From a virus (Duplodnaviria; Caudoviricetes), in the IMG/VR virus record IMGVR_UViG_3300005680_000030, positions 1,452 through 65,451 of that record: a stretch of DNA of 64,000 nt. One strand, 5' to 3'. Below are positions 8,037 to 20,100 of this stretch, in pieces (the first letter of the stretch is position 1; every line of letters starts with the position of its first letter). The notes beneath the pieces are model-generated. The model had not been told where the DNA came from, did not search any database, and saw only the letters and a program-made list of their open reading frames with translations. The translations under genes were made by a program, and so were the position numbers.

Positions 8037-9667
8037 AGCGGCGGCCCCACCGCGACGGCGAGGGCGGTCGAGAGGACGGCGTCCGCCGATCCGGTTCCCA
8101 CGACGGTTCCAGCCGGCGACATGCCGTGGCTGAGGCGCCGCGTGAACACGCGGCCCGACATAAGGCCGTTGCCGTCGCTTCCGTAGGCTCCGCCGACAGG
8201 GCTCTCCTGCCATCCGGTGAGGAGCGCCTGCCGTGCCTTCGAGTTGGGGCGGTTCCCCCACATGAACGCGATGCCGAGGCCCGGGTCCGCGAGCGTGCGC
8301 TGGTGCAGGACCGCATCTCGCACCTTCGCGCCGGCGCTCGAGCCGGAACGGGTGACGCTGTTGGTCCAGTCCCAGGATCCAAGGCCGCTCAGAACCAGGA
8401 GGTGCGCCGAACCGTAGTTGCGCATCTGGACGTCGGCGATCAGCCCTGCCGAGATGTGATCGGAGGTCAGGACGCCGGTGGACAGGTGCAGACGGGACTG
8501 CTCTTCGGTCGCCGCGCTCATGTGCGGGACCGGAGAACCGAGAAGCGTGAACCCGGTGGGGTAGGTGTACCCGGAGCTCCCAGCCGAGGTGTAGGTCTGC
8601 GCCAGCAGGAGCGGGAGGCCAGGCGTGAGATCGAACCCCTCGATCAGACTCGGGAGCGAGAGGTTGTGCAGCGCTGTGCCGCCAGCGTCCTTGTTCAGCG
8701 CCGACACACCCAGGAGGAGCGGGATCTTCGGGCCGCAGGAGGCATAGACGCGATAGGTGTCGGTGCCGGACGAGTTGGTGGCCTCGAGCTCGACCTCGAG
8801 GTCGCCCGTCGCGGTCTGCGTCCGCTCGTCATCGGTGAAGTCGGCGATGAGATCGCCGTTGAGCCACCACCCGGCGATCTCGATCGTCGGCGCTGGCGAA
8901 CCGCCCGCGCCGGAATGCACGACGAAGTTGGTGCCGGACGGTCCGATCGCGGGCGAGATGTAGGTCTGCTCCGGGATGAACTCTGGCGCGACGAGCGGTG
9001 CGGCGCCAAAGACCTCGAAGCCTGAAACGGTCGTGAATCGGTCGCCGTCGTTCAGTCGCGTCCCGACCCGGAACAGGGTGAGCGCATCCTCGGCGACGTC
9101 GGCCCCGTCGACGTTGTCGAAGCCGGAGGACGTGGCGACGCCATCCCCGAACTTGACGTTGCGTGCGGCGCCCTTCGCCTTGAGGTTGACGCCGTAGGGG
9201 ATGTTGTCCTTCTCTCCGGTGAAGCTGATGACCGTGTCGCCGACAAGCTGGCCCGAGAAGTTGACCCCCAGGGCGAGGTTGATCGTCACCGCGCCAGAGA
9301 TCTCGCCCAGGTTCACGCTCTTGATGGCGTCCTCGATCGTCGTGGGGGCGACGTAGCGCCGGCCGGGGGCGTTGTTGATCGCCTGCGGCCCGGTCGCTGC
9401 CTCGAACGAAACTGGTGCGACCGGATGCACGAGATTGGCGCCAGCCCGCCTGACGAGGATCTCGAGCGTTTCGCCACCTTCAGGAATGTCGCTCGTCAGG
9501 CGGATGACGCCGCGACCCTCGAGGAGCGAGATCAGTCGCGCCCAGACGTTCGCCGGGTTCTCCGGGTCGGCCATATCGACGCCGACCAGAGCGACATCCG
9601 CCTCCTGGTCCGCATAGTCGAGCTCGGACCCGGGGTTCTCCGCGATGAACTCGCTGAGTTTGGTCAC
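8033..9667 (-). CDS. Virion fibre/structural protein (544 aa, multidomain beta-rich)
   Basis: Coupled ORF in the fibre cluster; Ig-like segment ending LEVELEATNSSGTDTY. Confidence 0.7.
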   Translation of the reverse strand: MTKLSEFIAENPGSELDYADQEADVALVGVDMADPENPANVWARLISLLEGRGVIRLTSDIPEGGETLEILVRRAGANLVHPVAPVSFEAATGPQAINNAPGRRYVAPTTIEDAIKSVNLGEISGAVTINLALGVNFSGQLVGDTVISFTGEKDNIPYGVNLKAKGAARNVKFGDGVATSSGFDNVDGADVAEDALTLFRVGTRLNDGDRFTTVSGFEVFGAAPLVAPEFIPEQTYISPAIGPSGTNFVVHSGAGGSPAPTIEIAGWWLNGDLIADFTDDERTQTATGDLEVELEATNSSGTDTYRVYASCGPKIPLLLGVSALNKDAGGTALHNLSLPSLIEGFDLTPGLPLLLAQTYTSAGSSGYTYPTGFTLLGSPVPHMSAATEEQSRLHLSTGVLTSDHISAGLIADVQMRNYGSAHLLVLSGLGSWDWTNSVTRSGSSAGAKVRDAVLHQRTLADPGLGIAFMWGNRPNSKARQALLTGWQESPVGGAYGSDGNGLMSGRVFTRRLSHGMSPAGTVVGTGSADAVLSTALAVAVGPPL

Positions 9668-10527
9668 GCCGCCACCTCGAAGAGCATGACGCCCCCTTCC
9701 TCGAACTCGATGTCGCTGCTGTCCTCGAGGCCGAGCGCGTTTCCGGTGGTCGCCACGCCGGCGACCCCGATGAGGACGATCTCGGCCATGCCGCCGGGAA
9801 TGGCGGCGTTTCCGATGACGCCGATCGTGCCGTCGGCTCCGGGCGCGGTGGCGGACACAGACGCGGCGCCGACGACGCCTGAAGCCACGACGACAAGGCC
9901 GTCGGCCCCAGGCGCCGCGGCGTCCAGGGTCCCAGCGTGCGCGACGCCCGCGCTGGACGTGACGACGATTTCCCCCGCGGCGCCGGGCGCGCTCGGGGCG
10001 CCGCCTGCGACGCTTGCGACGCCAGCCGTCGATGTAACGTCGATGGCTCCGGCCGCGCCGGGCGCGGCCGCCCCGCCGGTCATCGCCGGCGCGCCGGCCC
10101 TCGACTCGACATGGATCGCGCCTGCCGCTCCCGGCGCCGCAGCGTCGGCGGCCGTCGGCGCAAGCACCCTCCCGGTGACGGCGATCGTCGCGGCCCCGCC
10201 AGGAGCCGTGGTCGCGCTCGATACCCCGCCCGCTACCCCGCTGACCTCGATAGCGCCGGCCGCGCCTGGCGCGAGCGCGTCACCATCGCCGGCCGCGGCC
10301 CCCGCAATGCCGCGGAGGGCGATCACAACCGCGCCGCCGGCGACCGTGACCTCGGCCTTGCAGTGGACCGGGCTCTCGGAATGGCGCGACCACAGGCCGC
10401 GATCCCCAACGACGTCTCCGTCGTCCCAATGCGCGCAGACGACCTCGCGGGTATGGCTGGCGACGCTACCAGCCATACCGAAGATCAAGACGCTCGCGTG
10501 CGCGCCATGTGCGGCCGCCGAAGCCAT
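9664..10527 (-). CDS. Ala/Gly-rich repeat protein (APGAAGxI repeats)
   Basis: About 7 clear APG(A/G)xGxIxV repeats, 22-25 aa period; acidic C-terminus. Confidence 0.7.
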   Translation of the reverse strand: MASAAAHGAHASVLIFGMAGSVASHTREVVCAHWDDGDVVGDRGLWSRHSESPVHCKAEVTVAGGAVVIALRGIAGAAAGDGDALAPGAAGAIEVSGVAGGVSSATTAPGGAATIAVTGRVLAPTAADAAAPGAAGAIHVESRAGAPAMTGGAAAPGAAGAIDVTSTAGVASVAGGAPSAPGAAGEIVVTSSAGVAHAGTLDAAAPGADGLVVVASGVVGAASVSATAPGADGTIGVIGNAAIPGGMAEIVLIGVAGVATTGNALGLEDSSDIEFEEGGVMLFEVAA

Positions 10528-10531
10528 CGTG

Positions 10532-10954
10532 TCACTGGATGGCGAAGGTGATCGTCGACGGCGCCAGCGTCAGCGCGCCGGCCGCGGTGCTGATGTTGCC
10601 GGGGAACACGTTCGCGGCGATCAGCTCGTCGGCGCTCGAGGCGCCGCCACGCGACTTGTAGTAGGTGGCGACGCGGACGTTCGCGAGGGTCGAGTTCTCC
10701 CAGGCCGCGCCGGGAAGCGTGACCGTGAGGCGGTTGAGCACGTTGTCGCGGACTGCCGTCGGCTCGACGGTGGCTCCGCCGGCGGTGTAGCCGGTGCCGG
10801 CGACCTCGTTGGTGACGTCGTCGCGGAACTCGTGCGTGTCCTGGTCGGGGACGTAGCTCTCGGTCGACAGCATCACCTTGATGGTGTCGTCCCCGAAATC
10901 GATCTCGCCGGCGTTCAGCCTCTCGAGGAACGAGTTGAAGATGATGAGCGGCAT
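10532..10954 (-). CDS. Conserved small phage fibre-associated structural protein (140 aa)
   Basis: IFNSFLERLNAGEIDFGDDTIKVML...DTHEFRDDVTNEVAGTGYTAGG, a widespread phage family signature. Confidence 0.8.
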   Translation of the reverse strand: MPLIIFNSFLERLNAGEIDFGDDTIKVMLSTESYVPDQDTHEFRDDVTNEVAGTGYTAGGATVEPTAVRDNVLNRLTVTLPGAAWENSTLANVRVATYYKSRGGASSADELIAANVFPGNISTAAGALTLAPSTITFAIQ

Positions 10955-11010
10955 GGACTCGGGGCTCCCGTATCGGGTGGTGCCCGCGCGTCCTGGCGGC
11001 GTGTGAAACC

Positions 11011-11047
11011 GCTATAGCATGACCGGCGACTTGCGTAAATCGCCAGT
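11011..11047 (-). promoter_or_regulatory. Late promoter TTTACG-N17-TATAGC overlapped by operator ACTTGCG-TAAAT-CGCCAGT (11029-11047)
   Basis: -35 at 11039..11034, -10 at 11016..11011; upstream of the 10954 start. Confidence 0.65.
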
Positions 11048-11069
11048 CGATCGCTCTTTGCTCGGAGAG

Positions 11070-11146
11070 TGGTTGCGGCGGGCGGATTCGAACCTGCGAC
11101 CTTCAGGTTATGAGCCTAACGGGCTACCAGACTGCCCTACGCCGCA
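11070..11146 (-). tRNA. tRNA-Met(CAT), initiator-like, CCA encoded, two T-stem mismatches
   Basis: TGCGGCG TA GGGC AGTCTGGTA GCCC G TTAGG CTCATAA CCTGA AGGTC GCAGG TTCGAAT CCGCC CGCCGCA A CCA. Confidence 0.85.
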
Positions 11147-11152
11147 ACCGAA

Positions 11153-11183
11153 CCTCTATCCAGAAATCGCCTTTTTCGCAAGT
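11153..11183 (-). promoter_or_regulatory. Putative tRNA promoter TTGCGA-N17-TAGAGG with overlapping operator-like site (11165-11183)
   Basis: -35 at 11181..11176, -10 at 11158..11153; predicted +1 falls near the tRNA 5' end. Confidence 0.5.
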
Positions 11184-14100
11184 CACCCGTTGATGAGCGG
11201 CGCAAGGCCCTCGCGGAGCTGTCCCTCCAGGCGCGGATTGAGCGAAACGCCGCCCTGCATCCGCGCGCTCGCCCGCTCGCGCGACTGGACCGAGCGGCGC
11301 AGGCTGTCGGTCGTGATCGGGTAGGTCGGGTTCTCGGCGTTGAACGTGGTGATCCGCTCGATCAGCCTGGCCGGCGGCTTGTCGCCGGCGCGCACCGCGC
11401 GCGAGTAGGCCCCCATCAGACTCGACCGCTGGTCAAGGATCTCGCGCTCGCGCTTCTTGAGCAGCGAGTTGGCGCGATACCGCTCGGCCAGGCCCGCCGG
11501 GACGAAGCCGACGCTCTGACGCAGCGCGTCGCCCCAGCCCATATCCTCCATGATCGGATCGCCGTTCAGGGTGGTTGCGCCCTCGCCGAGGTATCGTGCT
11601 GCGCGGATCTGGTCGCGGACGAACTTCGGCGCGATCGTCTCGATCCCGCGCAGGACGTGCCCGTCCTCGATCATGTTGAAGCCGCGCCACAGGTTCTCGC
11701 CCATCCCGACGCCGGCGCCGAGCATCTGCGAGACCCAGAACTGATACTCGCTCGATCCCTCAAGCTGCCGGTCGGGCGAGCGGAACCACAGATCGGGCAT
11801 GCCGATGCGGTTGGTCACGTCGATCCCAAGCACATGACCAGGAACGCCGTTGAGCAGCATGCCGGCGAGGCTCGGCCCAAGCGTCTCGACGAGATGGCCC
11901 TTCATCTCGTCCTCGAGGTCGTCGGCGTCGCCGGCGAAGAACAGCGCCATGAGCGCCATCGCCAGGCTGTAGCCCCAGACGCCGCGCACGCCAGCGTGCA
12001 GGAAGAGCATGCCCGTGATGCCGGCAAGCTGCGCCCGCGCCTCGCGGCGCACCTCCGGGCTCTCGCCCTTGACCGCCTGATGTGTGTCGCGGAACAACCG
12101 CCACAAGAGGTTAATTTGGAAATTTCTGAACACAAACAAGATCTTAGTATAGTCGCTGTGCATCAGTCGGGGGCGCGAAGACGCGCTGTAGTCGAAGTGC
12201 GTCTTCCACGTCAGGTCGGCCGCCTTGGCGATGGCATCCTCGCCAATGAGACCCTTCGCCTTCGCCATGCGGTAGGCGGCGAGGAACGTGACCTCGCGGT
12301 TCATGCGCTCCGTGTGGTGGAAGCCCCACGAGATGACGCTCATGACCCGGTTGCGCGCGGCGCTGTATTCGATGCCGCTCTCGCCGACGCCGGCGAGGTC
12401 ATGCGCCTGGCTCTTGTCGACGGTCCCGCGCCGATAGGCTTCCTCCATCGCGGCGACCTCGTCGGCGGTCAGGCGCTTCGACGTCGCCGCCCAGCCCTTG
12501 CCGTCACCGAAGTCGCGCAGCGCGCGGCCGAGCTGCTTCGCCGCGTCGCCGACGCCGCCATAGGCGCCGAGCACCGCCGTCCCGACGATGCTGGTCTGCG
12601 AGAGGTTGACGAGCGCGGCCGCGGGCGTCACCGACAGGTAGTAGACGAAGGCCGCCGAGGTGATCGCCTGCGACCACCACGATCCGGTCGGGCTCATCGT
12701 CCACTTGTGGCGCTTCTCCATCTCCGACCATACGAGCCCGGCGCGGACCGGATCGGGGGCGCGCTGCGCCTGGCGCTCGGACATCGTCAGCGCCTCGTCG
12801 AGGTCGATCGAGTAGCGCAGGCGAGCGAGCTGGTGCGCGCCGTGGAACATATGATGGCCGAAGGCGCGGAAGGCGTCGCGCTCGAATCCCGGCGTACCCT
12901 TGCGGTGGATCCGGCTCTTGCGGAGCGACAGGTCGGGCATGGTTTCCAGCCACCGCTGCCAGACCGCGTCCATGATCCGCGGGTTCACCTCGGCATCGTC
13001 GAGGATTCCCTCGACCGCCGCGACGAACTCGGGGTTCACCATGTCGCGGAGCGCGGTTTCGCCGATCGTGCCGACCGTCACGTCGTGAGACGGGTTCTTG
13101 CGCTGCTCCGCGGCGAACCGCTCCTGCGCCCGGGGCCCCTCGAACCTCGAGAAGCTCAGAACCTTCCCGCTGTCCCGGTCCCGGGTGGTGACGAAGAACT
13201 GGCCGAAGCGGGCCAGCGGGAAGTAGGGCGCCGGCACCTTCTGCGTCTCGAACAGGGCGCGGAGATCGACCATGCGGCTCCGGCGGCCCATACGCGCCTT
13301 GATCTGCGCCCGGTCCAGCTTGCGCTTGGCGGCCGTGATCTCCCGGTCACGCGCCTCGCCGGTCAGGCCCTCGTCGTTGATCTCGGCCAGCCGGTCGTCG
13401 TGCGCGCGCTGCGCGCGGCGATCCTCCTGCTCCATCGCCCGCGTGACGTTGCGCTCGAGCGTGTCGTCGAAAGCGTCGCCGAGCGCCTTGTGCTCGTCGC
13501 GCACGCGCCGGTACATCCCCTGGTAGGGCGCTGGCAGGGCGTTGAACCGCTTGCGCAACTCGGCGTGCTTGGCCCGGCGCTCCTGGTCGTTCGCGAGGTT
13601 CTCGGCGGCGATGCGCCCGGCCTCGCCGCCGGTTCCCTTCGCCAGCGCGGCCTTGTCCTTGTCGTTCAGTCCCGAGACGAACCGCTCGGCCGGGTCGGTC
13701 CCCGCAAGGGTCGCGTCGTGCATTAGGTCCATGAGCGCGGCGTTGTCCGGTCCCCGCACGCCCAGCTTGCGCCACGCCTGCGCGACGTCGTCGGTGCGGG
13801 CGTGCCACTCGTTGCGCAGCGCGTCCATCTCCTCCTTGAGGCGCAGATAGTCCTGGGACGCCGGCATGTGCTTGCCGAGCTCGGCGAAGAGCGCGCGGCC
13901 GGGTACGAGCGCGAGCAGGTTGGTGTTGCCAGACATGGCCTTGGTGAGCGCGTGCGAGACGATCTTGCGCTCGCCGGCGATGGCGGCCGCCTTGGGGATC
14001 GCCGAGGCAAGCGAGTAGGAGACGCCCGGGCGCGGACGCAGGGGCGCCGCGCGCAGCGCCGCCGCGGCGATGGCGCGGAGCTGCGCCGGCGTCACCGCGC

Positions 14101-17100
14101 CGATCTGCCGCCCGAAGCGCCGCAGGATGAACGCCTGGATCTCGCCCAGGATGCGGTCGACGATCTCGAGGATCCCGGCCGGCGCGCCGGCGCGCTCCTC
14201 GATCGCATAGGCGGCAAGCTCCTCGGCGTTCATCTGGCGCGGGCCGAGGCGGTCGAACGCCCTACCCCACCAGCCGTCCGTCGGCGCGCCCGCCTGCATC
14301 TGCCGCCGCAGGATGGCGTCGAGGCGGCGCATCATGCCGTCCCAGGCGGGCGTGCCGATGACGCTCTCGCCGCCGGCGTGGAACGCCTCGTGCAGGAGCA
14401 CCGGCACGGCGGTCTCGGCCGTCAGGTTCGATGCGACCAGGTGGATCACGCCGTCGGCGTCGGTCATGCCCTGGATGCGACCGGAGACCGCCGATTCCTT
14501 GACTGAATCACCACCCTCGGCTATGTTGCCATCCGAGCCAGGGCTACTAGGATGGCGCTCGCCATCCCGATATGCGGCAGACGAGCGCCGCCGTTCGTTC
14601 GAGAGTTGGCCCGGCTCGTCCCCAGCCACCGGCGGCACTCCACCCTTGAAAACCGACCGCGGAGTGCGTATCCTGCCGCTCGCGCGTAGGGCATTGATGG
14701 TGTCGCTCAGCGAGGCGTTAAGGGAATCAGCCCCGGTATGTCTATATCCATCGCCCTCGCGCTCAGCTCTCACGTATAGGATCGATCCGGCCCGCTCGGC
14801 GCCGCGAAGCATCTCGCGCGCGCCTTGCTTGTCGTAGACGGTCACGACAACGGTAGCGGCGGCGGCCTGGCTGTCCTTTCCCGCGCGCTTGATCGCGGCA
14901 ACCACCACGTCGCCGTCAGCAGTCTCGGCATCCGTCACCAGCAGGAGGTCGCCGGATCGCTCGTCGCCAGCATTGCGCAGCACGAACACCGGGTTTGCAA
15001 GGAGCACAGGCAGATCGCGCACCGCGGACGGCGGAACATCGGGATGCTCCCTGAGCACCCGCTTGAGCTTGCCCGGCGACATGATCAAGGACTGACCTCG
15101 GCCACCGAATGCTCTTAGGATCTCAGGGACGGGCCCGAGCTCCATGCTGCTTGAGAGGTCGAACCCGCCGCGGAGAAGGTCGAGAACCTGCCGGCCCCAG
15201 CCCGATAGGGAGTTCTGCCCGCCCTCCCCCGGAAGCGTCTCCTCCGTGTCGTGCAGGACGATCCGGCCGGCGTCGATGGCGCTTTCGACCATGACGCCGA
15301 ACGGGCCGCGGCGCAGAACGGCGCGCAGGGCATCAGTCCCCGCGAGCGCGTCGCCAGCATCGCCTGCGGCAATCGAGAACGACTCCCCCTCGCCCTCGAT
15401 GTCAGCCTCGGGGATAGGGGCGACGACCTCCGCCGGCGCGGGCGGCTCGTATATCGCCCGGGTGAGGTCGCGCACCTCCGCCTCGAGCTTCGTCAGCGCG
15501 TCTGCGTCCTTGAACTCGCTGCCCTGGCGCTTTGCGTAGTCGGTTGCCTCGCGCTCGGAATCGGCCTTCATCTTCTCGCTGCGCTCGAGACGGTGCTCGA
15601 AGCTGTCGAGGATGCTCTCTGCGGAGCGGATCGTTCCGACCTCCGAGGTGGAGACTGCCACATCGACCGAGAACTGCTCGTCGATGGCAAGGTTCACGTC
15701 CCATTGCCACGCGCCGCCCAGCTTCCACGCGCTCAAGGTCAGTGGGAACCCACCGAGTTCGCCGATCTCGCGATTCTTCATCTCGCGCGGCTCGGCCAGA
15801 TCGTCCTTGACCTTGGCGAGGAGCGCCGCGCCCGCCTCGGCGCGCTTGTCATAGGCCGTGCCGTCGATCGTCGCCTTGAAGGCGTCGCCCTTGGTCTCGA
15901 CGCGCCGCGTGATGGCGCCCTTCCACCGCTCGATTGCCGTCTCGGCGTAGGCGGCATTGCTCTTCGCATTGGCGACGCGCCGGCGCAGCGCGTACTGCTC
16001 CTGCGAATGGGCGGCGGCGCGACGCCGCAGCCGCTCAAGATCCTGCCGCATCTCGGTGAGCTGAACCACGCGGGGATCGGCGGTGGAGAGCGCCTTCGCC
16101 TGCTCGTAGAATGCGGCCTCGCCCAGGTCGTCCATGTCGCGGACGGTCGTGTCGCCGTTCCAGAAGCTCTCGATGAAGCGGCCCTTGCGCTCCATCATCT
16201 GCCACATGGTCGAATCGTAGGAGCCCTTGAGGCCGTAGTCGTGGATCTCGATCTCGGGGTTCATGTTGCCTTGGCGCAGCGCGCGGCCGTTCCGCTGCTC
16301 GTCGTCGGCGGGATACCAGAGCGGGTCGAGGTTGTGGCTGGCGATCAGGCGGCGCTGCACGTTGGTCCCGACGCCCATCTTCGGCCCGGAGCCGATCAGC
16401 ACGCGGATCTTGCCCTCGTTCACGTCGTTGAAGAGGCGCTGTTTCGCCACGTGGGTCTTGAAGTCGGAGATGAAGGCGATCTCGTCGCGCGGCACGCCGC
16501 GGCGCATGAGTTCCGACCGGATGTAGGCCGGAACCTGGAATGCGCCGGTGAGCCCGAGGTTGGCGAACACGAGCTGGGTGGCCGGGCCGTGCATGATCGG
16601 CTTGGCGCTGTAGCCGCCAGATTCGGGCCGGTAGAACGGCTGGTTCTTCGACCGCTTCCAGATCTCGAACACATTCTCGACGAGCGTGTCGAGCTTGGAC
16701 GGCGCGTCAGGTTCCGGGCGGTAGAGGATCGAATCGACCATCCGCATGTCGATGTTCGCCTTGCGGCCGTCGTTGATGACCGAGAGGATGATGTCGTCGC
16801 CTGCCTTCGGCGGCCCCTTCCGCTCCTCGATCGCCGTGATCCGGGCCGCGAGGCCCGCCTGGAAGTCCATGAAGTCGCCGCTGCGCTCGGCGAGGTGCAT
16901 GGTGCGCTTGCCGCCCTTGAGCTTCGGCCGGGTCACGTACTGCTCGAGCTGGCGCGAGGTCACGACGTCGACGTTCTGCCGGACCATCGCCGATAGCTGC
17001 GGGATGTTCACGAAGCGCGAGAAGCGCGAGACCATCTTGTATTTGCCCGCGGCGTCCTGCTCCGGCGCCGAGACCGACTCGCCAAAGGCGCTCGCCCACG

Positions 17101-20100
17101 CGTCGAACTGCTGGAGGTTGCGGGCCTCCAGTTCGCCCCCCTGGATGTAGCGCGACAGGGTGAACAGCTCGGCCATCGTGTTCGTGACCGGCGTTCCAGA
17201 CGCGAGCACGAGGCTGCGCCCGGGCTTCATCGACTCCAGGTAGCGGCTCTTGACGTAGAGATCCCAGGCCATGCCCGAGCCGTTCGGGTCGATGCCCTTG
17301 AGGTTCCCCATCTTGGTCGCGAAGTCGAGCTTGCGGAACAGGTGCGCCTCGTCGACGAAGAGGAAGTCGACGCCCATCTCCTCGAACGTGAAGACCTGAT
17401 CCTTGCCCGATCCCTTGCGGCCGGAGAGGCGCTGCTCGAGCTTCTCGATCTGGTTCTCGATCTTCTTCCGGGTGATCCGGGTATCCTGCCCCTTGTCCAT
17501 CTCGCCGAGGATCTCGCGATACTCGGCGATCTCCGCCTGCACCATGCGATCCTGGAACGCCTCGCTGATCGGCACCTTGCCGAACGAGGAGTGCGTGATG
17601 ATGACGGCGTCGAGGTCGCTCATCGAGACGTTGGCGATGAACTGCTTGCGCCGGTCGGTGTGGAACTGGCGCTCGTCGGCGACGGAGATCCGGGCGGTCG
17701 GATACTGCTCGTAGAACTCCTTGGTGAACTGCGCGAGCATGTGGTTCGGCACGACGTACATCGGCTTCCGCACGAGCCCGAGGCGGCGCATCTCCATGCC
17801 CGCGCCGATCATGGCGCTGGTCTTCCCGGCGCCGACGGCGTGCGCCATGTAGGTGTTGCCAGCCTGGACAATGCGGGCGACGACGCGCTGCTGGTGCGGC
17901 CGCCATCTCCACGACGTCGAGACGCCGGGCGTGGTCAGGTAGGATCCGTCGAAGTCGCGCACGACGAGGTTGTTGTAGGTCTCGTTGTAGAGCGCCGCGA
18001 GGCGGTCAGCCCGCGCCTCGTCCTGATAGATCCAGCCCTCAAACGCCTCCCTGATCTCCTTCGCCTTGGCGAGAGCGGCCTCGGTCTGCTCCTTGTCGGT
18101 GACGGAATCGTAGCCGCCGTCGGCGCGCGCCACGCGGTTGACGACCTTGATCTCGCCCTTGTTCAGCACCGCCTTGAGGATGCTGGTCGCATCGACGCGG
18201 CTGGTCCCCCAATCAGAGGTCGCGGCGGCCGACGTCTCGTCGCCTTCAACCTGCCAGAACGCGAGGCGCGGGGAATAGGTGGCCTTGAACCGGGCGAGGC
18301 CGAGGCGCGCGGTCGCGAACTCCTCGACCGTGGCGGGCGGGATCCACGGCATGCCCAGCGTCGCGGCGATCTGCGCCGGCGCAAGGTCGATCGGCTGGAC
18401 CGCCTCGAGCGCGTCGACGTTGCGCTGGAATCGAGGATCGCGATCGGCGGCCACCTTCGCGTCGCGGAGCTTCTGGCGAACGTTCCCCGACAGGTATTCG
18501 TCGCTGATGAGCCAGTCGCCGGTGGACTTGGGGTTCTCGTAGACCCGCGGTCCCAGCTTCTCCAGCGCCTCGCCGGCGCTCACCTTGAACGCCGCCGCGA
18601 CCGCGTCGAGGTCGAACCGGCCGCGATCGTTCATCACGTAGAGCACCGCGTCCTCGATGCTCTTGATCTCCGGCGTCAGCGGCCGCGAGATCACGTTCTT
18701 GAAGAACACCTCGGTCTTCTGCGCTTCGCCGGTGGCGTCGTTGTAGCTCTCGATGGCGCGGAGCCGGTAGCTCTCGGGGTCGTCGCCGAACGGCTCGATG
18801 TTCGGACGCTTGTCGATCACCACGTCGGGCATGTCGTCCGGGTCGAACGCGCCCTCGCTCCATTCCCGGCCGGCGGCGACCGCCGCCTCGCGCGCCTCTT
18901 TGCGGGCTCGGGCGACGGCCTGAGTGCCCTTCCCGTCCGCGATCAGCGCCGACGGGTCGAACGAGCCCTCGTCGAAGGGCTCGCCAGCATAGCGCGCCTC
19001 CTCGCGCGCCTCCGCCCTGGCGTTCTCCGCCTGCACGGAGGTCGGGCGGCGATAGCTGATCTCGGCCTTATTGATCGGCCCGTGCCGCTGGGTGAAGGCG
19101 TCGTAGGCCGCATTGAGACGGCGGCGGGCCTTCTGCCCATTGGCCGCGTCGTTGGCGAGGTCCGCGGCGTAGACGGCGCGCAGCGCGTCGCGCACCGGCA
19201 CGAGGCTGCGGATGACCTCGATCTCCTGCGCGCTCCGCCCGCCTGTCACGCCCTTGCCACGCTGCTCGACCGCCACGCCGACGCCGTCCCGCTGCTGCAT
19301 CAGGGCGTCGCCCTTGAGGTAGAACGAGCCTTCCTTGCGCTCGGCTGACGCGAAATCCACCTCGGCGCGGTCCTGCGGCGTCTCGGGCTCGCGCATGACG
19401 CCCTCGGGGAGATTCGACAGCGCGATCGGAAGTTCGGCCGCGAGGTTCGCCCCCGGGCGCGAGCGGACGCCGTAGCGGCCTGCATAGAGCTTGTCGAAGA
19501 AGCCCTCCTCGCCCAGCACCATGTCTGGGTGGTCGACGAAGTAGCGGCTGACGGCGCCCTCCTTGTCGTTCCCGTTCTTGTCCTTGAGCGTGACGGTCCT
19601 CGTCTCCATCGACGGCGACAGGACGCCATCGGGCAGCAGATCCAGCTCGGCGGGCATGAACTTCCGCAGCACGATGATGTCGGTCGTCACCGCGGTCCCG
19701 GCGTTCTTCTCGAAAGCGTCGCCCGGCAGGCGCACGGCGCCGACGAACTCCGCCCGATCGGACAGATACTCGCGCGCCTTGGTGTCAACCTTGTTCAGCG
19801 TGCCGGCGGAGGTCACGAACATGAGCAGGCCGCCCGGGCGGACAGCATCGAGGCTCTTGGCGAAGAAGTAGTCGTGCAGCAGGAACCCCTGCGGATAGCC
19901 GGGGTCGCTCTTGATCGGGATGTCGGCGAACGGCGGGTTGCCGATCACCAGGTCGTAGGAATCGCGCGGGAGCGGGGCCTTGGTGAAGTCGTCCTGGCGC
20001 ACACCCCATTTGGGATAGAGGAGGCGCGCGATCTTCGCCGTCGTCGGATCGAGCTCGAGCCCGCTATAGGCCGTCCGTTCGGCGAGCGCCGCCGGCATCA

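Noticed and set aside
11070-11100. tRNA 3' end as an att duplication
   Set aside because: The tRNA is full length, has its own promoter candidate, lies 10 kb from int inside the late region, and has no second copy in the window.
12105-12130. Possible CtrA box in the AT-rich patch
   Set aside because: Only one TTAACC half-site; no TTAA-N7-TTAA.
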